Shown piece by piece: positions 1-10,072 of a stretch of 64,000 nucleotides of DNA. The notes beneath the pieces were generated by a model, which worked only from the letters and a program-made list of their open reading frames with translations, searched no databases and had not been told where the DNA came from. This stretch comes from Carpediemonas membranifera BICM (taxonomy: Eukaryota > Protista > Fornicata). Where the stretch lies: the NCBI GenBank assembly GCA_019828565.1, contig JAHDYR010000017.1:185360-249359 (forward strand), read 5' to 3'. The first letter of the stretch is position 1; each line of letters opens with the position of its first letter. Made by a program: the position numbers and the translations under genes.

Positions 1-106
1 CGTGTCCGTGGATTGTTGTCGTCGAGCTAATCCCTTGCGTGAGGGTTGCATTGTCGATCACAATAACTTCCCCCTCGTCTTCTCTCTCGGGAACCAACGT
101 ATCCAT
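1..106 (-). CDS. Possible 5' end of a gene running off the left window edge (MDTLVPEREDEGEVIVIDNATL...)
   Basis: ATG at 106 with an open frame to base 1, and a TTTTCGC motif upstream like other gene starts here; too short to identify. Confidence 0.35.
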   Translation of the reverse strand, partial: MDTLVPEREDEGEVIVIDNATLTQGISSTTTIHGH

Positions 107-495
107 TGGAATCGATCTGTAGTGTTTTCTGCTGTCTGCGAAAAGTTTTCGTGCAACGCGAGAACTCTCCAAATAGACGTAGTAGATCGGCACGGGGTGG
201 AGAACTACGCCGAGCAAGGCCATGGAGTATCATAGGACTGGACTTTAAATTGCCGAGTTTGACTAATGCGCAGCCTTCTGCTGACCGAGCAAAGCAGGGC
301 GGGATGATTCGGGAAGAATGTTTATGGCGCAGATGCCGTCTCTGATTGCAAGATTGAGCCCACCCGCATCATCGCCAGCTCGGACTGGGTGACCACAGCG
401 GGGCCGTCATGCGTGTCGCCGGGCATCCCACGCTCATCATAGCAAGCTGACCCGCGCTTTTCCAGGCCGCGTGGACCCGCACAGAAAAACAGACT

Positions 496-3300
496 TTACG
501 CAAACTCATCGTTGGTCGGCTCCTTGACGACGGCCTCCTCGGAGACCTTGATGAAGACCTCCTCGAGGCTGGGCGAGGCGACGCCCCACTCGACGTAGCC
601 GTGCTTGCCTCGCCCTCCCGCAGGATGCGGGACATCTCGGAGAGCGACGGCTTGCCGGGCTCGTTGGCGCCAGGGGGCGCGGCGATGAACGTGAAGCTGA
701 GGGAGCCGGCGACGTTCTTCTCGACCTTGAGCGAGTCGCAGTGCTCGTTCAAGAAGGCCATGCAATCCTCGACGTTGGCTGTGACAAAGCGCTCGTGCTC
801 GGAGACGGAGACGCCGGCGGCGCGGGGAGGGTTGCAGTTCATGACGAGGGAGTAGGTCGTGGCGCCGAGCTCCTTCTTGAGGGCCGTGGGGGAGCCGAGG
901 ACGGCGACGCGGCCGTCCTTCATGATGGAGAGCCTGTTGCAGAGGGCGTCGGCCTCTTCCATGGAGTGGGTCGTCAGCAGGATCGTGCGGCCGGCCTTCT
1001 TCGCGCGGATGATCTCCCAGAGGCCGCGGCGGGTCTCGGGGTCGAGGCCGGTGGTGGGCTCGTCGAGCAGGACGACCTCGGGGTCGCCCATAAAGGCGAT
1101 GGCCACGCACAGGCGGCGGCGCATGCCGCCGGAGTAGGCCGAGACGTGCTTGGGCAGGTCGCAGGGGCGCTCGAGGCGGACGGAGGCGAGGCCCTCGTAG
1201 ACCCTCCTTGCCGAGGCGGATCGAGGGCACACCCTTGATGCGGCCGAAGAAGTTGAGGTGCTCGGCGCCGGTGAGTTCGGGCCAGACGATGTCGTCCTGG
1301 GGGCAGACGCCGCAGATCTTGCGGACGTTGCCCATCTGCGTCTTGATGTCGAAGCCGTGAACGTAGGCGATGCCGGAGGTCGGGTTGACAGTGCCCGCGA
1401 GGATGTTGACCGCGGTCGTCTTCCCCGCGCCGTTGTGGCCGAGCAGGCCGAAGCACTCGTTGCGGCGGATGGCGTAGTTGATGCCGGCGACGGCCTTGAC
1501 CTCGTGGCGCTTGAAGAGGCCAAACGACTTGAACGACTTGCGCAGGTCGGCGATGACAATGCCGTAGTTGGAGGCGAGCACCTTGCGGCCCTCCTTGCGC
1601 ATCTCGATGGCGTCGCAGACGGTCTTGCCCTCGTGCTGGACGCGGCGCTCAGACAGCGAGAGGTTCTTCTCGATCTTCTCGCGGCTGGGCACCTTGGAGC
1701 GGACGGGCATCCAGGTGCGGGGCAGGAAGGGGAAGTAGAAGGGCTCGACCGTGTCGGGGGTCGTGGGCATGATGCGGTCGAGGTAGACGCCCAGGCCGCC
1801 GAGGATGAAGCCAGAGGCCAAGAGCGACCACGACATCCGTCCGTAGAAGCCGGTGGGGTCGATAGCGCTCTCGGTGGTCATCGGGTGGCCCGTCGAGGAC
1901 GTCGAGAAGCCCCAGCCGAGGACGGTCTCGCAGATGCCGATCGGGGGAATCCACCAGATGTTCCAGCCCTGCTGGCCGGCCATGGTGGCCTCGAGGGCGA
2001 CGACGACGTAGGCCATGATCGAGACGATGAGCGTGTACGCCCATGCGAGGATGGTGCACTGGCGCTCGGACGAGAACAGCGTCGACATGAGGATGGTCTG
2101 GCCGGCAGCGGAGACGGACCAGCAGAAGAGGATGAACTCCATGCCCCAGACGGACTGGGACGTGAACATGGCGAGGTCGAGGAGGTAGCCGGTGGCGATG
2201 AAGACGTTGTTCATCACGAGCGACAGCACGAGGAAGAAGACGACCTCGACGAACCAGTACTCGGCGCCCTTGAGGCCGAGCATGCGCATGATCAGGCGCA
2301 GCTTGTGCTCCTTCTCGTACACGAGCGACGTCGCCGTGAAGGGCAGCAGGAAGTGGAAGAGGGGGGTGAAGAAGTAGCCGGCGATGATCGCGACGATGTC
2401 GATCGAGTCCGTCCCGTCCTTCGGGTAGTACGCGGTCGACGCGGTGATATCCACGGTCGTATCAGATTTGTCGTGCCTGACGAATGCCGTCTTGATCAGG
2501 TTCAGCGCTTGGGCGATCGATCTGTACTCGGTGGCGTCCTCGGCGTAGGTGAAGTTGGAGACGAGGTTCAGCTCGAACACGGCGTCGGTCGCGTTCACGT
2601 CCGCCTTGGTGAAGACCATGGAGCCCATCGGCGGGTTGATGGTTCTCTGGTTGTTCATGATCAGGAGAGTGGCACGCTTGTCCCACGCGTAGAGGAGATA
2701 CGCGGCAAGGTCGGTCTCGCTATCGAACGACGTTACGTTGGGGAGCTGCATCGTGTTGTAGGGTGCCTTGAGCATCGGCGAGGACGATACAGCTTTGGGC
2801 ATGTCAGCGGCGTATTCGCTGCCGACGCTGTTCAGGACGTCCCAGTTGCCGAAGTCCCAGGTGGCGGTGTCGGCGTTGGCGATGTAGAAAGCGGGGCCGT
2901 CGAAATCAAGCGTCGAATCGTGAAAGAAGTAGTTATCGACGTTGCCTGTGCGGAAAGAGGTGTAGTTCTTGAGGGCAAAAATGTCCATGTCGCCGATCTT
3001 ACTCTGGATGAAGAGGTCGAGGCCCTTGATCACACACATCGCGGCAATCGGCAGGGCAAACATGCAAATCAGGGTAAAGGTGCTGCGGCGCCAGCGGATG
3101 AACTGCTTGATGAAAAGGGCGCGCGAGTTGTTAAAGAAGGAGCTGCTGTGCGAGAACACGGCATTAAAAAGCGCCTTAAACGGAAGGAAGACCATCGCGA
3201 GGCGGTGGAGAAGCAGGCGCAAGCGACGTAAAAGCGTCGATGCAAAATTCTTCCCAGGAGGATCTTCTGGAAGCTCAATAACGTGCTCCAGGGCGTTCAT
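496..3300 (-). CDS. ABC transporter subfamily A (half-size: TM domain + one NBD), with two compensating single-base frameshifts (~1203, ~612)
   Basis: Walker [10 protein letters not shown] and CPQDD in ORF 496-3300; signature YSGGMRRRL, Walker [13 protein letters not shown] and [10 protein letters not shown] in the overlapping frame of ORF 369-1559; C-terminal SLEEVF back in the first frame. Confidence 0.92.
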   Translation of the reverse strand: MNALEHVIELPEDPPGKNFASTLLRRLRLLLHRLAMVFLPFKALFNAVFSHSSSFFNNSRALFIKQFIRWRRSTFTLICMFALPIAAMCVIKGLDLFIQSKIGDMDIFALKNYTSFRTGNVDNYFFHDSTLDFDGPAFYIANADTATWDFGNWDVLNSVGSEYAADMPKAVSSSPMLKAPYNTMQLPNVTSFDSETDLAAYLLYAWDKRATLLIMNNQRTINPPMGSMVFTKADVNATDAVFELNLVSNFTYAEDATEYRSIAQALNLIKTAFVRHDKSDTTVDITASTAYYPKDGTDSIDIVAIIAGYFFTPLFHFLLPFTATSLVYEKEHKLRLIMRMLGLKGAEYWFVEVVFFLVLSLVMNNVFIATGYLLDLAMFTSQSVWGMEFILFCWSVSAAGQTILMSTLFSSERQCTILAWAYTLIVSIMAYVVVALEATMAGQQGWNIWWIPPIGICETVLGWGFSTSSTGHPMTTESAIDPTGFYGRMSWSLLASGFILGGLGVYLDRIMPTTPDTVEPFYFPFLPRTWMPVRSKVPSREKIEKNLSLSERRVQHEGKTVCDAIEMRKEGRKVLASNYGIVIADLRKSFKSFGLFKRHEVKAVAGINYAIRRNECFGLLGHNGAGKTTAVNILAGTVNPTSGIAYVHGFDIKTQMGNVRKICGVCPQDDIVWPELTGAEHLNFFGRIKGVPSIRLGKEGLRGPRLRPPRAPLRPAQARLGLLRRHAPPPVRGHRLYGRPRGRPARRAHHRPRPRDPPRPLGDHPREEGRPHDPADDPLHGRGRRPLQQALHHEGRPRRRPRLPHGPQEGARRHDLLPRHELQPSPRRRRLRLRARALCHSQRRGLHGLLERALRLAQGREERRRLPQLHVHRRAPWRQRARQAVALRDVPHPAGGRGKHGYVEWGVASPSLEEVFIKVSEEAVVKEPTNDEFA

Positions 3301-3711
3301 TTGCTTTCACACTTTTTTTCGTGCAAATCCAGAGATTTTGGATTCTATCTCGAAATACGATCCGCGCTGGCACTTCTTGGGCGCGTCATTGTAAGCCGGG
3401 AACACTACAGACTATTCTGCCACAAGCTTGCTTTATCTTTGGCCCCAGCGAAGTCGCACTGCCGTGTGCAGGTTAAAGCAACCAAAGATTGCGACGCAAT
3501 CTTTTCACCCTGCCCAGCTAAGAATCACTTTCACACTCCGCTACAGTCCCGTGTGGAATATGTCACCACATATCTTTCCCCAGTGTGCTATCTACAATCG
3601 ATCTGTCTGTTCCGGATTAGCAGACTCACCCAACCCATCTCCCGCGGCACTCATCTCTCGCACCAATCCCAATCATCCCCCACGTTTGAATTAATCATTT
3701 ACACACTGCCC

Positions 3712-4830
3712 TCACTGCCTTAGCAGCTTGAACCAAAACTTGACCTCAGCGGCCGCCTCAGTGGGCAAGTCGGTCACGTGGACCGCGTTCTTGGCCACGG
3801 ACTTGCCGTACTTCCCTCTGAGGCTGTCTGGTGCGACTGTCCTTGCAATGGCAGGGTCAGAAGGGCCCGCGAGCTCCCTTAGCTCCGCCTGGGCGTTCTC
3901 GCCGGTCACCTCCAAGGCAACAACGGGTCCCGAGCTGAGCTCGTCGACCAGACCCTGATAGTCCTGGTGGACACCACGGTAAATCTCATAGAAGTCGGCG
4001 GCGTCCGACTTATCGACGATAAACATCTCCATGGCTGTTACATTAAACCCTTCCTCCAGGATTTTGGAGATGATCTCGCCGAGGTTGGGGAGGGAGTGCC
4101 GCGGGATAAGGACGAGAGAGGACTTCTCGAACGTGGCGGTGGTGGGGAAGTACCCGGGTCGGCCGAAGAAGAACGCGATCTCTCGCTCAGCAGACGCGGG
4201 TGAGTCGGAGCCGTGTACTGCGTTGTATGTGTTGTTGCGGGCGAACTTCGCTCTGATGCTGTTGGGGGCTTCCATACGGGCGCGGTCCTTCTCCGTTGGA
4301 CCCATCAAACGGCGCCAGGCAGAGATTGCAGAGGGACCCATGAGCTCCATGGCGACAATGGGCTCAGAGATCATCATCTCCACGAGGTTATCGAAGAATG
4401 GCTTTCCTTGGTGCTCTGCATAGAACTCCATGGCGTCTTCACGAGAGAGGACGAGCATCTGGAGGCGGATGATCTTCAGACCTGCTCTGGCGATCTCAGT
4501 CATCACTTGGCCGATGTGATCGTACATTCCGGGCTTGATGAGAGCCAGTGTCTTCTCGGACTGAGCCTCAAAATGACGGGCAGTGAAATCGTTTGTGTAA
4601 GACACAATCTTGAGCTGGCGGGAATGCACAGTGACGCAGTTACCAACAAAAAGATCAGCCAACTGGAGAGAAGGATAGGGTGAGCGTTTGAGGAAGGGGC
4701 GGCGGTTCTTGACGTCGAGCATCTCGATGTCGTTGTTGGAGAGGAAATATGACAGAACATATGGCCTCTCAAGGTCAGCAACGTCATCATACCAGGTCAC
4801 ATTAAAGCTATACTTCTCGTTCAAATCCAT
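3712..4830 (-). CDS. NME7: Nucleoside diphosphate kinase 7 (DM10 domain + two NDK domains), axonemal
   Basis: N-terminal DM10 (WYD...DVKNRRPFLKR), EKTLALIKP, NAVHGSDS, second NDK repeat NAVHVTDL. Confidence 0.93.
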   Translation of the reverse strand: MDLNEKYSFNVTWYDDVADLERPYVLSYFLSNNDIEMLDVKNRRPFLKRSPYPSLQLADLFVGNCVTVHSRQLKIVSYTNDFTARHFEAQSEKTLALIKPGMYDHIGQVMTEIARAGLKIIRLQMLVLSREDAMEFYAEHQGKPFFDNLVEMMISEPIVAMELMGPSAISAWRRLMGPTEKDRARMEAPNSIRAKFARNNTYNAVHGSDSPASAEREIAFFFGRPGYFPTTATFEKSSLVLIPRHSLPNLGEIISKILEEGFNVTAMEMFIVDKSDAADFYEIYRGVHQDYQGLVDELSSGPVVALEVTGENAQAELRELAGPSDPAIARTVAPDSLRGKYGKSVAKNAVHVTDLPTEAAAEVKFWFKLLRQ

Positions 4831-5146
4831 GACGAGTGTTTTGCGGAAATTTCTGGTGCAGATTTAGGAACGTGACGAATCGATTCATACATGGCCGCTC
4901 TCCAAGGCTGACGGGCACACGCCCATGCAGTGGTAATGTCATGAAGACTGGCAAGTTTTCCAGATATCCGGAGAGGGTTAAATCGTCAATAGGAGTCATG
5001 ATGCTGTTCACATTGGTCAGGTACTGCAATTATCAACCCATCCAACAGACTTTCCTGCCATTATAACAGAGCTTGCGCCTTTCCACCATTTCGCGCACTT
5101 TTCCTTAAATTTCTCGCAAAATTCCTTAGAGCAGAAGGAACGAATT

Positions 5147-6500
5147 ATGGCGCGCAAGACGGCAAAGGTTCAAGAAACCACCGAGGAAGAAGAAGAAGAA
5201 CTCCTCCTCGACTACGACGAGAACGCTGAAGAGATCGGTGAGGCTGGAGAACAGGCCGAAGCCGACAAAGTGAAGGGAAACTATGCCGGTGTCCAATCTA
5301 GCGGCTTTTCCGATTTCTTCCTGAAGCCCGAGCTTCTCAACGCCATTTCTGACTGTGGTTTCGAGCACCCATCCGAGGTACAGCAGGAATGCATCCCCAA
5401 CGCCCTCCTCGGCCTCGATATCCTCTGCCAGGCCAAGTCCGGCATGGGCAAAGTACGTTACTCCCACACGCCTAACACATACCGCGGTATTTACTCTCGC
5501 CACGCTGCAGCAGCTCCCCGTTTACGACGGTAACGTCACCGTCCTCGTTGTCTGCCACACTAGAGAGCTCGCTTTCCAGATCGCCTCCGAATACAGCCGT
5601 TTCTCGAAATACATGACGCCAGAGAAGGGCTGCGAGACCGAGGCACGCACCGTTGTTGTCTTCGGTGGTGTCCCCAAGGAACGCCAGAAGCAACTCCTAC
5701 TCACCAAGCGCCCCAACATCATTGTTGGCACCCCCGGCCGTCTCAAGGACCTTATCGACGACGGCACGATCTCTCTCGACCACATCAAGCACTTTGTCGT
5801 CGATGAGTGCGACTCTGTCCTTGACTCGTCTAAGATGCGGTCAGATATCTCCGGATTCTTCGTCAAGTGCCCCCGCAAGAAGCAAGTGATGATGTTTACC
5901 GCCACACTCTCTCAGGAGATGAGGGAGATGGCCATGAAGTACATGGAAAGCCCCCAGCTTGTCCTCGTCGACGATGAAAGCCGTCTTACCCTCCACGGCC
6001 TCCAACAGTACTACATCGACATCAAGGACGATGAGGAGAAGGAGAAGCGCCTCATCGGCCTGCTCGACGCTCTTGAGTACAACCAGATCGTGATCTTCGT
6101 GCGGTCTAAGCATCGCGCCATCAAGCTCAACCAGGCCCTGCAGAAGCACAAGTACCCCTCGACCGCGGTACACGGCGCCATGGCCCAGGAGGATCGGCTG
6201 TCTGAGTACCATAGCTTCAAGACGTTCAAGAGCCGTATTCTCATCTCCACGGACGTTTTTGGCCGCGGCGTCGACTTTGAGAGAGTCAACATCGTTGTCA
6301 ACTATGACATGCCGCGTGACGCTGACTCCTACCTCCACCGTGTTGGGCGTGCAGGGAGGTTTGGTACCAAGGGCCTTGCCATCAGCTACGTCACCTCCTC
6401 AGAGGACAAGGAGGTGCTCGCCAAGGTGCAGGATAGGTTCGAGGTCAAGGTGGAGACCCTGCCCGAGGAGATCGACCCCAGTACTTACATGAATGCGTAA
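5147..6500 (+). CDS. DDX39B: DECD-box RNA helicase UAP56/Sub2, 2 exons (intron 5453-5480)
   Basis: [16 protein letters not shown]|[33 protein letters not shown]; removing 28 nt joins ORFs 5147 and 5355 in frame. Confidence 0.95.
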
Positions 6501-6677
6501 ACCACTTATAAACGGTATTGAAGGAACGGGTAGGATGGATGGCGAAGAATGACCTGGAGTGGCGGACTGTTTGGGTTGAAGAACGGCGTGTTAGTCGACT
6601 GGGTAGATGCCCTCGGCGTACTCGCGGGTTGAGTGGGAAATGATCGTGTCATCTCCACTCCTGGATTGCGCAACGCA

Positions 6678-7082
6678 ATGAGCTTTTTGGGGAGTGCTTC
6701 GAGTGTTCTTCTGGAGAGTGTTAACACGCTGGATCTTGGAGCTCTTGTGTCTTCATACACGCACGCGAAGAAGCTCGAGGATGAGGGCAAGCTTGATCAG
6801 CTTACGCATTCAAATGTCTCAAACAAGCTTGGTAATGCCGATAGTGAGGAGTTTGACTTCTTCCCAGAAGAAGACAGTGCTAAACCATCTGGAAGTGCGC
6901 CAGCTAAGCCCAAGGTTAAGCGTGCGTCGAAACCGAAGGCTGCCGTGAGGACGACCAAGTCTCATCGCGGCGTGAAGCTGAACTTGAAGCGCCGCTACGG
7001 TAGTACGCAGCGTACAGCAACACGTCGGGCTAGGAAGGATCATTTCAAGAAGGTCGTTGCTTCCGAGCGTGGCAGGTCGTGA
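6678..7082 (+). CDS. Small basic hypothetical protein
   Basis: Open frame from ATG 6678, Lys/Arg-rich C-terminus; no recognised motif. Confidence 0.5.
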   Translation: MSFLGSASSVLLESVNTLDLGALVSSYTHAKKLEDEGKLDQLTHSNVSNKLGNADSEEFDFFPEEDSAKPSGSAPAKPKVKRASKPKAAVRTTKSHRGVKLNLKRRYGSTQRTATRRARKDHFKKVVASERGRS

Positions 7083-7246
7083 ATACACGTTTCCTGTGAG
7101 CCCCCAAAAGAGAAAAACAAAGGGCACGGGGACTGAAATGACACAGGAAGACACCACGAGAACTGGTAGACACCCGAAACCATCTCAATATCGTGTCTTA
7201 GTTTTTTCATAAAAAAAAGCTGCACAACACAAAACTCGACATTACA

Positions 7247-7912
7247 ATGCCTCCGCCGCCGCCTCCGCCTGCTCCGTCTGGAGCTGATTCTGAACGCGGC
7301 GCTGCTGTTAGACCTGCCATTCGAGCCAGCTTCTTGGACCAAATTAAGCAGGGAACGAATCTCACACAGCGTGATGACGATTCCGCTGGCTCTGGTGCAA
7401 AGAAGAGTGCTCCTAAGAGTGCCCCAAAGAAGAAGACAGCACCTGCGCCCCCCAAACCTTCTTCTCGTGCTGCTCCTCCGCCTCCTCCCGCCGCCAAACG
7501 GGCACCGCCCCCTCCGCTTCCCACCAAGAAGCCGAGTGCCCCTCCGCCTCCCCTGCCTGCTCGCAAGGCCGCGCCCCCGCCCCCTCCCCCGAGCAAGCCT
7601 GCCATGGGTCGTGCCCCTCCGCCCCCGCCCAAGGGCAAGACACCTCCGCCCCCAGCCCCAGCTGCTAAGAAGAGCGGCGAGTTCACATTCCTTGACGACA
7701 GCGAGCTTCCCGACGTTCCCAAGTGGTTCCTGAAGAAAATCGCGAAGTCTGCCTCGAAGACCACGTCTTCTGGCCCCGAGGACACAGCCTTGGCCCAGAA
7801 GATGATCATAGACCTTGAAGCTCGCGTCAGCCAGCTTAAGAACGCCGTGGCGAGTGGTGATCCGGGCAAGGTTACTTCCGCCGTTAACGCGAATCGTTCA
7901 ATTAGTTTTTGA
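7247..7912 (+). CDS. Proline-rich WH2-domain protein (WIP/verprolin-like actin regulator)
   Basis: MPPPPPPP start, RASFLDQIKQGTNLTQ matching the WH2 pattern, repeated PPPP tracts. Confidence 0.75.
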   Translation: MPPPPPPPAPSGADSERGAAVRPAIRASFLDQIKQGTNLTQRDDDSAGSGAKKSAPKSAPKKKTAPAPPKPSSRAAPPPPPAAKRAPPPPLPTKKPSAPPPPLPARKAAPPPPPPSKPAMGRAPPPPPKGKTPPPPAPAAKKSGEFTFLDDSELPDVPKWFLKKIAKSASKTTSSGPEDTALAQKMIIDLEARVSQLKNAVASGDPGKVTSAVNANRSISF

Positions 7913-8347
7913 AGGTCTGATGGTGATGTAAAGATGATTTTTTGATGTCATTTGCCGTCAATGATGTGTTTCGGGGGTCGGGTTATAAATTCTTTACACC
8001 CTCGCCCAAGCAGTGGAGAAGGCTGGTCTTGGAGTGACAGAGTGGTTCGGGCAGCAGCAGAGCTATGCTCAGTAAAGGGTGACAAACACGTAACATGGGA
8101 GAGGTTGACTTGACTGATATGGAAATGCTGCTGGCTCTCTCATGGTCTGCATCAGTATTAAACATACCGGCTGACCGCTGCACTGGTTGCAAGGGCGCCT
8201 CACTGCCAAAACAGACAATGTCAAGGCCGTAATCTGTTTCCATCTATTTTCGGACGCTCCATATTTCGTGGAAAATTGAACGTCTGACCTCATTAGCGGG
8301 TCAACCCCACTCCCACAATGATGTCGATTGGCATACCAACTGTATGA

Positions 8348-9913
8348 TTGGATCGTGTCAGATCTATCAGGAAATCCTTGAATCTCACTGTTACTGCGAA
8401 AAAGGGCCCGAGCGACGATCGGAGAATGTGTGCCAAAAGCCGCAACGTCGTGAGGGTGATATCAGACCTTCACCTTGGAGCTCATTGGCATACAAAGGCG
8501 AACTCGAATGCTCTTACCGTCTGTCTAGAGGAGTGCGCGATGCCCGAGACTCATATTCATTCTCTGGTCATCGCAGGAGACGTCTTCGAGCAATGGCTTG
8601 TTCCCTATAACGAAGCACCTCCAAGCTGCCTCTCTGTTATGCAACAGGCTGCTGTGCTCCCCTTTGTTGACCTAGTCAAGAAAGTCATCGCCAACGACGT
8701 CAAAGTCTACTTCATCAGGGGCAACCACGACGACGAGCTCGATACAGCCTCCCTCCGCGAGGTGTTTGGCGAGTCCCTCATCATTGTCGAGGGCGAGGAA
8801 GTCTGCTTCAACGGGATCCGTTTCCAACACGGCCATGCCTACGACATTCTCTCACAGCCGTACGAGGGGGCCAAGAAACAGCGGCCAGTGTCGTACTACC
8901 TCTCTAGACTCGCAGCCCATAGCGGTAACATGCTGGATCGGCCGACAGTCAGCTGGCTCACACTTTCCTTGCTCATCGGGAACAGGATCAGCTCAACTCT
9001 CATGCCGCTCTTCTACTTCAAGCCAGTGCCTCTGTTCTTCCTCAGAGGAGTTATGTCTATCGCGTTCAAGGCCAGCTGGTCCCAGATCAAGGATGAGCAA
9101 ATCGTGCTTAGGAATGGAGAGTCAGTAGTTTTGTCAGAAATAGTCTCAGATTACGCCGATATGCTTTACTACGCCAAGGAACGCTACGGCATGCTCCGGG
9201 CAGCCGCCATGTTCCGCATGTCGATGTCTGGAAACGTCGGGCACTGGATGCGCCGCTCGCCGTATCTTCTCGAGGTCGCCGGCCACTCGCACATCCCCGT
9301 GTTGAGGTCATACATGCGGTACAAGAGCCTGCTGTCGGACGGGACCAAGGCGCCGCGGACCCTGCCGACCAAGGTCATTTATGCCAACTCGGGTTCATTT
9401 ACTGGGGGCGAGTCGACCTATGTAGACATCCTCCTTGCCCGCACGTCGCATGAGGTCGGCTGGCGGTCCTACCTCCCGCCCTACCTCTTCGGCCTCGAGC
9501 ACCCCCACGACAACCGCTCCTTTTACGATAACTACAAGGGCGAGGCCCTCCCCGTCGGCCTGGCTCCCCATACTTGGGATCGATCCGGCTCGATCAATGA
9601 CCCTGCCCGGCTGACCCAGCAGGAGTCGGGTGTGGCAGCTGGCACTGTGGTCCCATACGAGGTCCGCATGGTCGAGTGGCGTGACGGAGGCTTCTACATC
9701 AGGAAGGCCAAGCGGGTGCCCTACAGGTTCGACCCCACCTCGTTTAACCGACGTGTCAACAAGATCAATGCGTACGACGTCGCAAAGAAGGCCGCGACTC
9801 AGTTTGACGAGGACAGCGGGCACTACGTCGGCGTGCCCGTGACGGGACCAATGGACGAGAGCATGTGGGAGCGGCCCAGTGTGGATCGACAAAGTGCAGA
9901 GAACCGGATGTAA
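8348..9913 (+). CDS. Calcineurin-like metallophosphoesterase (LpxH/YbbF-like); start uncertain (first in-frame ATG 8426)
   Basis: All five motifs: ISDLHLG, GDVFE, RGNHD, QHGH, GHSH. Confidence 0.85.
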   Translation: MDRVRSIRKSLNLTVTAKKGPSDDRRMCAKSRNVVRVISDLHLGAHWHTKANSNALTVCLEECAMPETHIHSLVIAGDVFEQWLVPYNEAPPSCLSVMQQAAVLPFVDLVKKVIANDVKVYFIRGNHDDELDTASLREVFGESLIIVEGEEVCFNGIRFQHGHAYDILSQPYEGAKKQRPVSYYLSRLAAHSGNMLDRPTVSWLTLSLLIGNRISSTLMPLFYFKPVPLFFLRGVMSIAFKASWSQIKDEQIVLRNGESVVLSEIVSDYADMLYYAKERYGMLRAAAMFRMSMSGNVGHWMRRSPYLLEVAGHSHIPVLRSYMRYKSLLSDGTKAPRTLPTKVIYANSGSFTGGESTYVDILLARTSHEVGWRSYLPPYLFGLEHPHDNRSFYDNYKGEALPVGLAPHTWDRSGSINDPARLTQQESGVAAGTVVPYEVRMVEWRDGGFYIRKAKRVPYRFDPTSFNRRVNKINAYDVAKKAATQFDEDSGHYVGVPVTGPMDESMWERPSVDRQSAENRM

Positions 9914-10072
9914 CATAGCGATGATTGGTGGAATAGATCACTGGGGTGTAAATAGATTAGGATTATGCGAGTGTTGACGTATTGGCGAGGGTATCAGATC
10001 GCAGCTTTAGGTTAGGCCGCAAAAATCCGGAGTGGTGAAATTCACATAGTTGGCGAAAAATTCAGTGAAGCG

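Noticed and set aside
1258-3231. 657-aa plus-strand ORF, and similar antisense or alternative-frame ORFs over MCM2, ValRS, kinesin and Fanzor
   Set aside because: Shadow ORFs caused by high GC3 codon bias of the real genes; no motifs.
8342-8370. 29-nt GTATGA..ATCAG intron-like segment after ATG 8318
   Set aside because: Splicing leads into the wrong frame for the phosphoesterase unless another indel error is assumed; unsupported.
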